From: an uncultured Opitutus sp. | GTDB taxonomy: Bacteria > Verrucomicrobiota > Verrucomicrobiia > Opitutales > Opitutaceae | Assembly: GCA_965652375.1 (NCBI GenBank) | Contig: CBFGUO010000018.1 | Location: 29,343-93,342, forward strand | Direction: 5' to 3' | Length of the DNA stretch: 64,000 bases | In this document: one piece after another, positions 42,101 to 50,909 of the stretch | Layout: each line of letters begins with the position of its first letter | How positions within the stretch are numbered: position 1 is the first letter of the stretch | The notes under the pieces: generated by a model | Databases searched by the model: none | Told to the model about the DNA's origin: nothing | The model's input: the letters and a program-made list of their open reading frames with translations, nothing else | Position numbers and translations under genes: made by a program

Positions 42101-42452
42101 CAAGGGGGGCTCCGGTGGGCGGCGGGAGAGGGTGCCGGGCCGCGCGGGCGGCTCCGCCCAGCACCCGCGCAAGATCGTCGGCCAGCTCGGAGTTCGCGGG
42201 CCAGAGCTCGGTCACGGTTTCGCCCGGCAGCAGGCGGCGGGGATCGTGTTCGCCGAGGCGCTCGGGGGGGAGGGCGCCCCAGGCGGCGTTGACGCCATGG
42301 AGCACACCGCGGTCGTCGCACCAGGCGGCCGGGAAGGGGAGTGCCTCGAGCAGACTGACGGCATCCGCTCCGAGCGATGCCGATTCGGCGACCGGCGAGC
42401 AAGGCTCGCCGGCGGCGAAGGGCGGCAGGGAGGGAATGGCGGTGTCGGACAT
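39183..42452 (-). CDS. Multi-PAS hybrid sensor histidine kinase with pseudo-REC + REC
   Basis: 1089 aa with several PAS-like modules, H-box [14 protein letters not shown], HATPase ([12 protein letters not shown]), a receiver-like segment without an acceptor Asp ([10 protein letters not shown]), then a canonical REC ([10 protein letters not shown]...[12 protein letters not shown]...PKPI). No Hpt. Confidence 0.9.
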   Translation of the reverse strand: MSDTAIPSLPPFAAGEPCSPVAESASLGADAVSLLEALPFPAAWCDDRGVLHGVNAAWGALPPERLGEHDPRRLLPGETVTELWPANSELADDLARVLGGAARAARHPLPPPTGAPLEPGAEISFHACSLSIGTGALLQVRPTAPVATSHRSALEAPPSASPYESLVARILSQLPLAVVVTDREGNITEVNPAFTILTGYSAEEAIGRHIRCIQATGTPVEVLSARDRALRLGEAWSGDVLHRTRDDETFWAHTQISCLRDEHEAITHTFYLLEDITARRIAQAEMSRLSLVASRTTNAVIMSTADGEIEWVNDGFTRLTGYDADEVRGRPIAELLRGPATDVAASLRIEEGIRAGASIEEEVLNYNREGRAYWVRLRIDPVHDSKGNFAGHITMAYDVTERRHVDAARTEASQRLHKIASLVPGMVFQFKLRPDGTSCLPYASDGIRDIYGRTPEQVVDDASAIFSSLHPEDFAMVVDAIYASARTLQPWRQEYRVIPPTGQMRWLLVHANPSRESDGSTLWHGHIADITELKSTEESLHRSKEDLESTNQQLQEAFAHSKELAAQAEAANLAKSAFLANMSHEIRTPMNGVIGMTGLLLQTTLTAEQRSYLEIVRTSGENLLQVINDILDFSKIEAGRLDLEHIDFDVRDTVEEAVDVLAVRALEKKLEIVGHVDPSVPARVKGDPGRLRQILVNLLGNAVKFTSQGRITVSATLVQPAPAGAVPKVRFAVRDSGIGIPKDRQSQLFLPFSQIDSSTTRKYGGTGLGLAICRQLAILMGGDIGVESERGNGSTFWFTADLPLAAKAQPRPPKVDTRTLVIEPRDATRLQIGSLLGQCVLWHHEVTDLAAATEELRRAALTAQPYDLVLVSSELPPDKLLRFACKLPVESEQPGIRLVWMHPMTLPVESSLLGVYKERLAKPVRRDPLMSLLRMLDTSTGTTTTRPPHPVKIDRYDAFRVLLVEDNAVNQKVARAMVKKFGCHVDTVGNGREAVKVLEEIDYDLVFMDCQMPEMDGFEATAVIRSSDSAVRNHAIPIVAMTANAMQGDRERCLEAGMNDYIPKPIHQSAVAAALKRYLGDPTAEDAAA

Positions 42453-42593
42453 CGAGAACGGGTGCGGCCAAACGCCCCGCGACTCCGTTGCAGCGGTGTC
42501 TCGAGGCGTTTTGGGAGCTCCCGCGCGAAAGCGCGGTGAAAGGGAGAAAGGGGATGAAAGGGAAGAAAGTCGGAGCGGAGGACGGGACGCCGG

Positions 42594-43088
42594 TCAGAAC
42601 ATGCGCTGGATCTGCCCCATCTCGTCGCCGCTCACCACCCGGTCGATGTCGAGCAGGGTCTTGACCACCCCCTTGACCTTGGCGAGACCAAGGAGGCAGG
42701 AGGTGTCGAGGCGGGTGCCAAACTCGGGGGTGGGCTCGATGTCGGAGTCGGCCAGGGTCACGACCTCTTCCACATTGTCGACGATGAGGCCCATCTGGTT
42801 GGTGCCGCTGGCCATCTGCACCTGGACGACGACGATGCAGGTGCGCTCGGAGACCTCGGCGTTGAGCCCGAACTTGAGGCGCAGGTCGATGACCGGGATG
42901 ACCCGGCCGCGCAGGTTGATGACGCCCTTCACGTAGTGCGGCACCTGTGGAACCGGGGTTACCTTCTGGAGGCGAATGATTTCCCGAACCTTGAGCACGG
43001 CGATGCCGTAGGATTCCTGATCGAGGAAGACGGTGAGGTATTTGCCGGCGAGCTGGGTGGATTCGATGGTTTCGGTGGCGTTTGACAT
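42594..43088 (-). CDS. cheW: Chemotaxis coupling protein CheW
   Basis: 164 aa after trimming: KYLTVFLDQESYGIAVLKVREI...VKGVINLRGRVIPVIDLR. Confidence 0.9.
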   Translation of the reverse strand: MSNATETIESTQLAGKYLTVFLDQESYGIAVLKVREIIRLQKVTPVPQVPHYVKGVINLRGRVIPVIDLRLKFGLNAEVSERTCIVVVQVQMASGTNQMGLIVDNVEEVVTLADSDIEPTPEFGTRLDTSCLLGLAKVKGVVKTLLDIDRVVSGDEMGQIQRMF

Positions 43089-43109
43089 GGGCGCGGAGGT
43101 GATGGGGCT

Positions 43110-43137
43110 GCATCGGCACGAGGGGCCGGCGACTTCA
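43110..43137 (-). promoter_or_regulatory. sigma-28-like promoter for cheW
   Basis: Reverse strand reads TGAAGTCG-N12-GCCGATGC. Confidence 0.4.
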
Positions 43138-43175
43138 GGGAAAAGTTGGGCCGATTTCTCGTGGTGATTTGGCGG

Positions 43176-43202
43176 TAAAGTTATCGGCCGGCGCGCCGAA
43201 TT
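43176..43202 (+). promoter_or_regulatory. sigma-28 promoter for cheA
   Basis: TAAAGTTA-tcggccggcgc-GCCGAATT (7/8 and 5/8, N11). The -10 ends 36 nt before the ATG at 43238. Confidence 0.55.
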
Positions 43203-43237
43203 CATAAGCCACTTCCTCCAACCGTTTCTTTGCGGCC

Positions 43238-45445
43238 ATGCCCATCTCACAGGAAAACCTCACCGCCATCGACGAACTCAGCAACCGGCTCGCCTCGGAG
43301 AGCTTCTTTATTCAGAGCGGCCGCGACGATGGGCTCATTCCCATTTACTCCCTGCTGGGCGAGCTGATCGAGCTGGGCGGGGACGACACCGAATTCCTGG
43401 CACCCTGCGTCGAGGTGCGGGCGGGACTCGACCTCCTGCTGGACAACGCGCAACCCTTCGACGACGCCAATATCGCGTTGGTCAAACGACTCATCGACTG
43501 GTTGCCGATGGCGATCCTCACGCGCCGGGCCGAGGATGACCTGCCGATGTGGGACGAGGACGCCCTGGAGGAGGCCCCGCAGGACGTGGCCGCCGCGGCT
43601 GCCGCCGCCGGTGAGTCGGAGGACGTCGCGCCGGTGACGACCGCGCCCGCAACCGCGCCCGTGGTCGATACGTCGATCGACACGCTGCTCGACCTCAACA
43701 TGGAGGAAAACGCCGAGCTGCTCGCCGAATTTCACGCCGAAGCCGTCGATCACCTGCAACAGATCGAGGCGGCGTTGCTCGTCCTCGATGAGCACCCCAA
43801 GGACGCCGACGCGATGGCGTCGATGTTCCGTTCCTTCCATACCATCAAGGGCGTTTCCGGCTTCCTGAAACTCACCCCCATGCACACGCTCACGCACGAG
43901 GTCGAGTCGCTGCTCGACCTGGCGCGCAACGACGAACTGGACCTGACGCCGGCGATCATCACGGAGATCCTGCGCAGCCGCGACGCCGTGCAGGCGATGG
44001 TGCAGCAGATCACGGTTGCGCTGGAGCAGGGCGTATTGCCCGAGGAGGTCGTGCCCGTTTCCCATCTCATCGCCGCCGTCAAGCGCGTGGCGGTTCCCCG
44101 CGGCCAGGCGCCCGCCGCGCAAGTGGTTGAGTTCCCCGATGCCACGGCCGGTGAAGCCGAAGCCGCGGAGGCGGTGGCGGCCGCCCCCACCCACGCTCCC
44201 TCGGCCGAGCACAAGGACAAGGAGCCGGCGCGCCACCCGCCCAAGAAGGCCGCCGTGGCCCGTCCCGTCGCCGCGACCGCCACCGTGCGCGTCAACACCG
44301 AGAAACTCGACATCCTCATGAATGTCGTGGGCGAGCTGGTGATCGTGCAAAGCCAGCTCATGGAGTCTTCCCGTGAATCCGCCGGTGACAGCGTCGACGA
44401 CGGCTCCACGCTCACCCGCAACCTCACCCAGCTTGGCCGCATCACCAAGGAGCTGCAGCACACCGCCATGTCCCTGCGCATGGTGCCGGTGAAGCCCACC
44501 TTCCAAAAGATGGAGCGTATCGCCCGCGACCTCTCGCGCGAGTGCGGCAAGAAGGTCTCCTTCCACGTGTCGGGGGAGGACACCGAGATCGACCGCAGCG
44601 TGGTCGAGGAAATTGCCGACCCGCTCGTGCACATGGTGCGCAACGCCATGGATCACGGCCTGGAGGATCCCGATGGTCGCGTCGCCGCCGGGAAGGATCC
44701 CGTGGGCAAGGTTTCCCTCAATGCCTATCACCAGGGCAGCAACATGGTGATCGAGCTCACCGACGACGGCCGGGGCATCGATCCGGCCAAGGTGCTCGCC
44801 AAGGCCCGCAAACAGGGACTGGTGGGCGAGAACCACGGCCTCGAAGAGAGCGAGATTTTCCAGCTCATTTTCCATCCCGGTTTCTCGACCGCCGAAAAAG
44901 TCACCGCCGTGTCCGGGCGCGGTGTCGGCATGGACGTGGTGAAGCGCAACATCGAGAAGCTGCGCGGCAAGATCGAGATCGAGTCCAAGCTCGGCCAGGG
45001 CTCCACCTTCCGCATCATGCTTCCGCTCACCATGGCCATCATCGACGGCCTCGTGGTGAAAGTGGGCGAGGACCGGTTCATCCTGCCGAGCACGTCGGTG
45101 CAGATGGCGCTGCGCCCGAGCAAGGAGATCCTCTCCAAGGTGCAGGGCACCGGCGAAGTCATCGACCACCGCGGCAAGATTCTTCCCATCACCCGCCTGC
45201 ATCAGCAGTTCGGCATTCCCGGCGCCATCGAACAACCGACCGAGGGCATCATGGTCATCGTCGAAGCGGCCGGCCGCAGTCATGCGCTCCTCGTCGACGA
45301 GATGGTCAACAAGCAGGAAGTCGTGATCAAGAGCCTCGGTTCCTACCTGCAGGGCCTGCGTGGCGTTGCCGGCGGGGCGATCCTCGGCGACGGCAATATC
45401 GCGCTCATCCTCGACCCGGGCGAACTGTTCGAAGAAGCCGCCTGA
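43238..45445 (+). CDS. cheA: Chemotaxis histidine kinase CheA with an N-terminal extension
   Basis: Hpt (FRSFHTIKGVSG), dimerisation region, HATPase (DPLVHMVRNAMDHG, DDGRGID, GRGVGMDVV) and a CheW-like P5. About 170 aa precede the Hpt, and no P2 is recognisable. Confidence 0.9.
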   Translation: MPISQENLTAIDELSNRLASESFFIQSGRDDGLIPIYSLLGELIELGGDDTEFLAPCVEVRAGLDLLLDNAQPFDDANIALVKRLIDWLPMAILTRRAEDDLPMWDEDALEEAPQDVAAAAAAAGESEDVAPVTTAPATAPVVDTSIDTLLDLNMEENAELLAEFHAEAVDHLQQIEAALLVLDEHPKDADAMASMFRSFHTIKGVSGFLKLTPMHTLTHEVESLLDLARNDELDLTPAIITEILRSRDAVQAMVQQITVALEQGVLPEEVVPVSHLIAAVKRVAVPRGQAPAAQVVEFPDATAGEAEAAEAVAAAPTHAPSAEHKDKEPARHPPKKAAVARPVAATATVRVNTEKLDILMNVVGELVIVQSQLMESSRESAGDSVDDGSTLTRNLTQLGRITKELQHTAMSLRMVPVKPTFQKMERIARDLSRECGKKVSFHVSGEDTEIDRSVVEEIADPLVHMVRNAMDHGLEDPDGRVAAGKDPVGKVSLNAYHQGSNMVIELTDDGRGIDPAKVLAKARKQGLVGENHGLEESEIFQLIFHPGFSTAEKVTAVSGRGVGMDVVKRNIEKLRGKIEIESKLGQGSTFRIMLPLTMAIIDGLVVKVGEDRFILPSTSVQMALRPSKEILSKVQGTGEVIDHRGKILPITRLHQQFGIPGAIEQPTEGIMVIVEAAGRSHALLVDEMVNKQEVVIKSLGSYLQGLRGVAGGAILGDGNIALILDPGELFEEAA

Positions 45446-45485
45446 GTCCTGTTTCCGTCCGTATCCGATAGAACCCTACGCCCTG

Positions 45486-46361
45486 ATGAGCGAAATCCCG
45501 ACCCTGGATCAAGTTTGCGAGCGCGCGCTGAAGTTGCCGTGCTCACCCTCCCTCATGCCCCGGCTGATTCAGGCGCTGGACGATCCCGAGACCGGTATCG
45601 AAGAGATCGGTGCGATCATCCAGATGGACGCCGCGCTGGCCTCGGCGACCCTGCGATTGGCCAACTCGGCCTACTTCAGCGGCGGCAGTCAGGTCGACAC
45701 CCTCAATGCCGCGCTCATGCGGCTGGGCGTGCGCGAGATCTATCGCCTGAGCGCCCTGGCCCTGGTCGGCCGCTGGTTCAACCAGCCCATCGACGGCTAC
45801 GGCTGGCAGCAGGGCGACTTCTGTCGCCTGTCCCTCGTCACGGCGGTGGCGGCGGAATACCTGGCCGAGTCCACGAGGCTGGCCGAGCCTGGCACCGCCT
45901 ACGCGGCCGGGCTGGTGCACGAGATCGGCAAGATGGCCGTGGCGTATTCGTGCGCCGAATACTTCGGTGACATCCGCGCGCATCAGCGGGAGCACGGGGT
46001 GACGTGGGCGGAGTCCGAGACCGCGGTGCTGGGCTACAATCACATCGCGGCGGGCGCGGATCTGCTGCGCCGCTGGAATTTTCCGGCCAATCTCATTGCG
46101 CCGGTCGAGCACAACCCGCCCTCGCGCGACGTGCCGGAGGCGGATATGGCCCTGGTCATGGTGGTGCATGCCGGCAAATACATTGCCACTTCGATTGGCG
46201 CCGGCGTGGCGGAGGACGGATTCCTCTTCGAGCTCAAAGCCGACCTGCTCGACGAATGGAATCTCGGCGCCGAGGTGCTGGAGAAAGCCTTCCCGGTGGT
46301 GGTCGAGCGCGCCGAGCGCATGCTCAAGGACCGCATGACGACGGGGTCGATCGACCTGTGA
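45486..46361 (+). CDS. HDOD-domain protein
   Basis: SLMPRLIQALDDPETGIEEIGAIIQMDAALASATLRLANSAYF and GLVHEIGKM. Lies 40 nt downstream of cheA. The ORF-track start is trimmed. Confidence 0.8.
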   Translation: MSEIPTLDQVCERALKLPCSPSLMPRLIQALDDPETGIEEIGAIIQMDAALASATLRLANSAYFSGGSQVDTLNAALMRLGVREIYRLSALALVGRWFNQPIDGYGWQQGDFCRLSLVTAVAAEYLAESTRLAEPGTAYAAGLVHEIGKMAVAYSCAEYFGDIRAHQREHGVTWAESETAVLGYNHIAAGADLLRRWNFPANLIAPVEHNPPSRDVPEADMALVMVVHAGKYIATSIGAGVAEDGFLFELKADLLDEWNLGAEVLEKAFPVVVERAERMLKDRMTTGSIDL

Positions 46362-46531
46362 GGCGGTCCGGCTGCCGCGATTCGGGCGTGGCCCGCTGCG
46401 GGAGCAGCGGGATTCCCGGAGCGGACGGCTTTCCTGGGGTGGTGGTCCTGTTGGTATCCGGATAGATCGGCCGCGCCCGCCGCGAGCGTTGTCGCCAGGG
46501 AGGCGTCGGGGGAGGGGGGGCCGTGCGGTCG

Positions 46532-46828
46532 TTAAAGCCGCTCAACCGGCTTGGCGCGGGCAACCCGATCCTCTTCCTCGAGGACAGTGGGCCGGGGAGC
46601 GGTTGCCGTGGGCCTGCGGTTGAGAAAGCGGCGGCGGAGCGAGGGACTGAGCAGGAAGGCACCCGTGCCCACGACGCCGATCACCACGGCAGCGCCGACC
46701 AAGGGGATGAGAATGGCCGCGCCCACCAGGACGGCGACGATGAGCAACAGGAGCATGATCAACGCCGCCAGCACGCGCACGACGGGGCTGCGGACGGGAC
46801 GGCCATTGACGGTCACATTCAAACCCAT
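46532..46828 (-). CDS. Small membrane protein (98 aa, two hydrophobic helices)
   Basis: VRVLAALIMLLLLIVAVLVGAAILIPLVGAAVVIGVVGTGAFLL. Last gene of the cheR operon direction. No family recognised. Confidence 0.45.
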   Translation of the reverse strand: MGLNVTVNGRPVRSPVVRVLAALIMLLLLIVAVLVGAAILIPLVGAAVVIGVVGTGAFLLSPSLRRRFLNRRPTATAPRPTVLEEEDRVARAKPVERL

Positions 46829-46912
46829 GACGCGCAGTGAACACGCGCGCGGCGGTTTGGCGAACCCGGAATGGAGCTTTGCCCGCGGCGGACCGTCTCG
46901 CGCGCCGTGGTC

Positions 46913-47521
46913 TCAGCCCAGGCGGTGCTGGAGATCGCGGCCGGGGAGCTTGAGGCTCACCACGCCGGTCGCGATGTCGAGGTGCACGGTGCGGTTGATG
47001 TTGCCGCCGAGTTCCTCGTAGCTGGCGCGCAGGCCGTAGAGGGAAAGCAGCTTGCGGGTGGTGGCGATGTTGCGTTCGCCGATCTTGAACTGATCGGGGC
47101 CGTTGAGCACGCAGGCGCCTCCGGCCAGGAGGATGTTGACCCGCTGGCGCTCGGCGCGGATGCCGCGCAGCGCGTTGAAGAGCATGGGAATGCCGGTATC
47201 GGCAAACATGGCCGGCTTCTTGGTGGCGCGGTCGGGCGAGAGGGTCGAGTCGGGCAGCATCAGGTGCAGCAGGCCGCCGGCGCGCGCGATGGGGTCGAAG
47301 ACCACGATGCCCACGCAGGACCCGAGCGCGAAGGTCGAGAGGGTGACGTGTTCGACGTTGGAAACCGCCATGTCGCCGACGCCGACCACCACCCGCTGGG
47401 CGAAGGACCGGGCGTGGCTGGCCGTGGGGGAGCCGAAGCCGCCGCGGTTGGGCGCGGGAACCTGGGGCCTGGGGGCGGCGAAGGCGCCGAAGACGTCGTT
47501 GATGCTGGCTGAACCGGCCAT
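46913..47521 (-). CDS. cheD: Chemoreceptor glutamine deamidase CheD
   Basis: VGVGDMAVSN...LSTFALGSCVGIVVFDP...GGLLHLMLPDS matches the CheD signature. Confidence 0.85.
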   Translation of the reverse strand: MAGSASINDVFGAFAAPRPQVPAPNRGGFGSPTASHARSFAQRVVVGVGDMAVSNVEHVTLSTFALGSCVGIVVFDPIARAGGLLHLMLPDSTLSPDRATKKPAMFADTGIPMLFNALRGIRAERQRVNILLAGGACVLNGPDQFKIGERNIATTRKLLSLYGLRASYEELGGNINRTVHLDIATGVVSLKLPGRDLQHRLG

Positions 47522-47528
47522 GGGAAAC

Positions 47529-48836
47529 TCAGTTGTAGACCAGCAGGCGCTGGCTGATGGGGTTCACGTTGTGGTGGTTGCGCAGCTTGGTGATCATCGC
47601 TTCGCTGAGCGCCTGGCCTTCGCTCACCAGCAGCATGCCGTGCGGGCTGTAGAGACCACTGGCGAGCACCATGCCGGGCTGCAGCTCCGAGAGCAGCACC
47701 TCGCGGACGACCCGGGGCAGTTGGAAGCTTTCGGTCACCTTGAGCACCAGGCGCACGGCTTCGGGATCGAGCGCGCGCCCGCTTTCGGCGAGGATGGATT
47801 CGGCGGCCTTGGCCTTGGGCAGGCCGGTCTCGACGAACCACACCGCCGCGCCGAGGCAGCGGGCGGCCCAGGGAATGTGTTCGCCGGCGAGGCCGTCGGG
47901 GAAACCCTTGCCGTCAAAACGCTCGTGGTGGGCGCGGATGATCTCGCCCACGGCCGGTCGCGCATCGACGAAGGAGGCGAGGGTCTGGCTGTAGACGGGA
48001 TGGTGCGAGATGATGTCGCGTTCGCGCTCCGAGAGGCGCTCGGGATGCTGGCGGAAGGCGCGTATGACCTCTCTGGATACGCCGATCAGGCCGAGGTCGC
48101 AGAGCCAGGCGGCGGTGCGCAGCACATCCTTTTCCTCGGCCTCGAAATGGTCGGTCTGGACCATGAGCTGCACGAGGTCGACGAGGGCGCGGGTGCGGCT
48201 GCCGAGGAAGGGATCGTAGGTGGCGAGGATGCGGCTGCACAGCTCGAGCGAGTGCTCGTAGCGTTCGGCGAGTTCCTTGTTGGCGGCGTCGAGTTCGCGG
48301 TTGGCGTGGTCGAGGTCCTTGACGCGGTCGCCGAGGCGCTCGTTGGCGACGGAGAGCTGGGTGTTGAGCCGTTGCGACTCCTCGAGCAACTGGGTGTTCT
48401 GTTCGAGCAGTTCGAAGCGCTGGCGGGCGTTGTCGACCGTGGCGATGAGCTCCTCGCGCAGCCAGGGCTTGGCGATGAAGCGGAAGATCTCGCCGCGGTT
48501 GATGGCGGCCACGACGGTGGGCAGGGAAAGGACGGCGGTGATGAGAACGCGGGAGGCGTTGGGCTGCATCTCCTTGCAGGCGACGAGAAACTCGAGGCCG
48601 GTCATGTCGGGCATGCGGTGGTCGGAGATGATGATGCCGAACTGCTGGTCGCGGACGAGTTCGAGAGCGCGCAGCGGGTGTTGCGCGGTGGCGACGTGGT
48701 AGCCTTCGCGCTCCAGGGTCTCGCGCAGGGCGATGAGCGCGGCGGCCTCGTCGTCGACCGCGAGCACGCAACGACTGAGGTCGGCGGGAGACTTGGCGGT
48801 CGCGGGATCGGGCATGGTGGCGAGGGATGAGGGCAC
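47529..48836 (-). CDS. Response regulator, REC + coiled coil + degenerate HD-GYP domain
   Basis: REC (VLAVDDEAA...IISDHRMPDMTG...IAKPW). HHERFDGKGFPDGL is present, but the HD dyad region reads AAWLCDLGLIG. The start may be the second Met (48815). Confidence 0.8.
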   Translation of the reverse strand: MPSSLATMPDPATAKSPADLSRCVLAVDDEAAALIALRETLEREGYHVATAQHPLRALELVRDQQFGIIISDHRMPDMTGLEFLVACKEMQPNASRVLITAVLSLPTVVAAINRGEIFRFIAKPWLREELIATVDNARQRFELLEQNTQLLEESQRLNTQLSVANERLGDRVKDLDHANRELDAANKELAERYEHSLELCSRILATYDPFLGSRTRALVDLVQLMVQTDHFEAEEKDVLRTAAWLCDLGLIGVSREVIRAFRQHPERLSERERDIISHHPVYSQTLASFVDARPAVGEIIRAHHERFDGKGFPDGLAGEHIPWAARCLGAAVWFVETGLPKAKAAESILAESGRALDPEAVRLVLKVTESFQLPRVVREVLLSELQPGMVLASGLYSPHGMLLVSEGQALSEAMITKLRNHHNVNPISQRLLVYN

Positions 48837-48849
48837 GGGAAGCGCGGGG

Positions 48850-50049
48850 TCAGGCGTGAGTGGCGGCCATCGGGCGCTGCACCGGTTGTTCGAGCAGACC
48901 CATTATGTGGCGCGGGATCGAGCCCAGACTCACCTGGCTTTCGGAACCGCCCTGTTCCCAGGCGGCCCGCGGCATGCCGTAGACCACACAGGACGCCTCA
49001 TCCTGCGAGAAGGTGCGGGCGCCGTGCTGGCGCAGGATGCCGAGTCCTTCGGCACCGTCCTTGCCCATGCCGGTGAGGATACCGCCGAGCGCGTAGGGAC
49101 CGGCGCTTTCGGCGATGGATTTGAAGAGAACGTCGACGGCCGGGCGCTGGTGCCAGACCATGGGGCCGTTGATGACGTGGGCGACGTAGCGGGCGCCGTT
49201 CCAGCGCAGGGTGAGGTGGAAGTTGCCGGGGGCGACGAGAGCCAGGCCGGGCGTCAGTACGTCGCCGTCGCGGGCCTCCCGTACCTCGAATTTGCAGATG
49301 GCGTTGAGCCGGTCGGCGAAGGCGCGCGAGAAGGTCGGCGGAATGTGCTGCACGATCGCCATGGGCGGAATATCGGCCGGGAGGTTGATCATCACTTCGC
49401 GCAGGGCTTCGGTGCCGCCGGTCGAGGCGCCGAGGAGGATGAGGCGCTTGGGGTGGTGTTTGCGGATGTCCGGTACGGCGCGCAGCGGCGGCGGAGCGAG
49501 GGGTCGGGCGGTGGCCGGTCCGGGACGGAGGGCGCGTGAGGCCGGCGCCGGGGAAGCGTCGGGCGCGGGCGAAGGGGAGGCCGGGGCGGCGGCGGTCGGT
49601 GCGGGTGGTGCGGGTGATGTCTCGTGGAGGTCGGCCGCCGGACGCGGGCGGGATACGGCGGCGGCGCGGATCTTTTGCACCAGTTGCGGGCCGAGGTCGC
49701 CGATGGAGTAGGAGCCGTTGGGTTTGCCCAGGACTTCGACGGCACCGAGGCGCAGGGCCTCGAGCGCGTGGTGGGAGCCGGCCTGGGTGAGGGAACTCAT
49801 GATCACCACGGGCAAGGGCCGTTGCTGCATGATGATGCGCAGGAAGGTGAGCCCGTCCATGCGCGGCATTTCGAGGTCGAGCGTGATGACGTCGGGGTTG
49901 GTCTCGATGATTTTGTCGCGGGCGAAATAGGGATCGATGGCCGTGCCGACGACCTCGATATCGGACTCTTTCGCGAGGACATCCTGCACCACGCGGCGCA
50001 CGACGGCGGAATCATCGACGATGAGGACGCGAATGGGACGGGGAGGCAT
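48850..50049 (-). CDS. cheB: Chemotaxis methylesterase CheB
   Basis: REC (IRVLIVDDSAVVR...ITLDLEMPRMDG), a ~90-aa Pro/Ala linker, and the esterase domain (LILLGASTGGTEAL, AIVQHIP, GILTGMGKDG). The ORF-track start at 50511 is trimmed. Confidence 0.9.
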   Translation of the reverse strand: MPPRPIRVLIVDDSAVVRRVVQDVLAKESDIEVVGTAIDPYFARDKIIETNPDVITLDLEMPRMDGLTFLRIIMQQRPLPVVIMSSLTQAGSHHALEALRLGAVEVLGKPNGSYSIGDLGPQLVQKIRAAAVSRPRPAADLHETSPAPPAPTAAAPASPSPAPDASPAPASRALRPGPATARPLAPPPLRAVPDIRKHHPKRLILLGASTGGTEALREVMINLPADIPPMAIVQHIPPTFSRAFADRLNAICKFEVREARDGDVLTPGLALVAPGNFHLTLRWNGARYVAHVINGPMVWHQRPAVDVLFKSIAESAGPYALGGILTGMGKDGAEGLGILRQHGARTFSQDEASCVVYGMPRAAWEQGGSESQVSLGSIPRHIMGLLEQPVQRPMAATHA

Positions 50050-50087
50050 GACGGCGGGAGACGGTGAAATCGGGGCGGGCCGGGCGA

Positions 50088-50909
50088 TCAGTCGGGTTTG
50101 CGGTAGATGGCCGGGGCGACGCCCTTGAGCTTGTGGTTGATGGCGGTGAGGCTCTCCGAGTGGCCGACCATGAGATAACCGCCGGGGACGAGCAGGCGGG
50201 TGAGCCGGTTGACCAGTTCCTCCTGGGTGGGCCGGTCGAAGTAGATCATCACATTGCGGCAGAAGATGACATGGAACGGCTCGGAGTAGGGAACGGCGGC
50301 GTCGAGGAGGTTGAGCTGCCGGAAGGTGATGCGTTTCTGCAGCGAGGACTTGATGCAGTACTTGCCATCCTGGGGACCGAAGCCGCGCAGGAAGTAGCGG
50401 GCGACCAGGGACCGCTCGATACGGTCGACCACGCTGGCGTCGTAGATGCCTTGGCGGGCGCGGGCGAGGATGCGATGGGAGATGTCGGTCGCCTCCATCC
50501 GCCAGCCCCATTTGTCGCGCGCCTCGAGTTCGGCGAGGGTGATGGCGAGGGAGTACGGTTCCTCCCCCGAAGAGCTGGCGGCGCTCCAGATGGCCAGGTG
50601 CGGCCAGCGCTGCTTGGCGGCGCGCTCGCGCAACTCGGGCCAGGCCCGGTCGCGGAGAAAGTCGAAGTGGGCCGGCTCGCGGAAGAAGAAGGTATGGTTG
50701 GTCGAGATGACGTCGATGAGATGCGACAACTCGTCGGTATCCGACTGGCCCTGCAGGAAGCGGCAGTAGTCGGTTATCGTGGCGATGTTCGTCGCGCGCA
50801 GACGCTTGCCCAGGCGCGCGGAGACCAAGGCCTTTTTATCCGGCCCCAGGTTGATTCGACTGTGGCGGTAAACCAAGTCGCGGATGAAATCGTAATCAGT
50901 ATCGAGCAT
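50088..50909 (-). CDS. cheR: Chemotaxis methyltransferase CheR
   Basis: TNHTFFFREPAHFDFL, IWSAASSSGEEPYSLAI and IFCRNVMIYFD. Confidence 0.9.
   Translation of the reverse strand: MLDTDYDFIRDLVYRHSRINLGPDKKALVSARLGKRLRATNIATITDYCRFLQGQSDTDELSHLIDVISTNHTFFFREPAHFDFLRDRAWPELRERAAKQRWPHLAIWSAASSSGEEPYSLAITLAELEARDKWGWRMEATDISHRILARARQGIYDASVVDRIERSLVARYFLRGFGPQDGKYCIKSSLQKRITFRQLNLLDAAVPYSEPFHVIFCRNVMIYFDRPTQEELVNRLTRLLVPGGYLMVGHSESLTAINHKLKGVAPAIYRKPD

Noticed and set aside
39501-42539. 1012-aa plus-strand ORF. Similar very long ORFs include 43247-45283(-), 61696-63789(-), 3524-5170(+), 7397-8974(+), 1451-2860(+), 32558-34348(-), 9772-10815(-) and 10819-11958(-).
   Set aside because: Each lies antisense to, or frame-shifted within, a gene with clear family motifs. 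Their translations are Gly/Arg/Ala/Pro/His-rich low-complexity strings typical of shadow frames in high-GC DNA.
48850-50511. Long N-terminal extensions offered by the ORF track for cheB. The same applies to 32236-34485, 27466-28932, 22815-23636, 24417-25283, 18021-18785, 15889-17235, 7778-9631, 3557-5278, 42594-43250 and 45360-46361.
   Set aside because: The extensions are Arg/Pro-rich, overlap the upstream gene, and precede an internal Met that starts the recognisable domain and makes an ATGA/TGATG or short-gap junction. The starts were trimmed accordingly.
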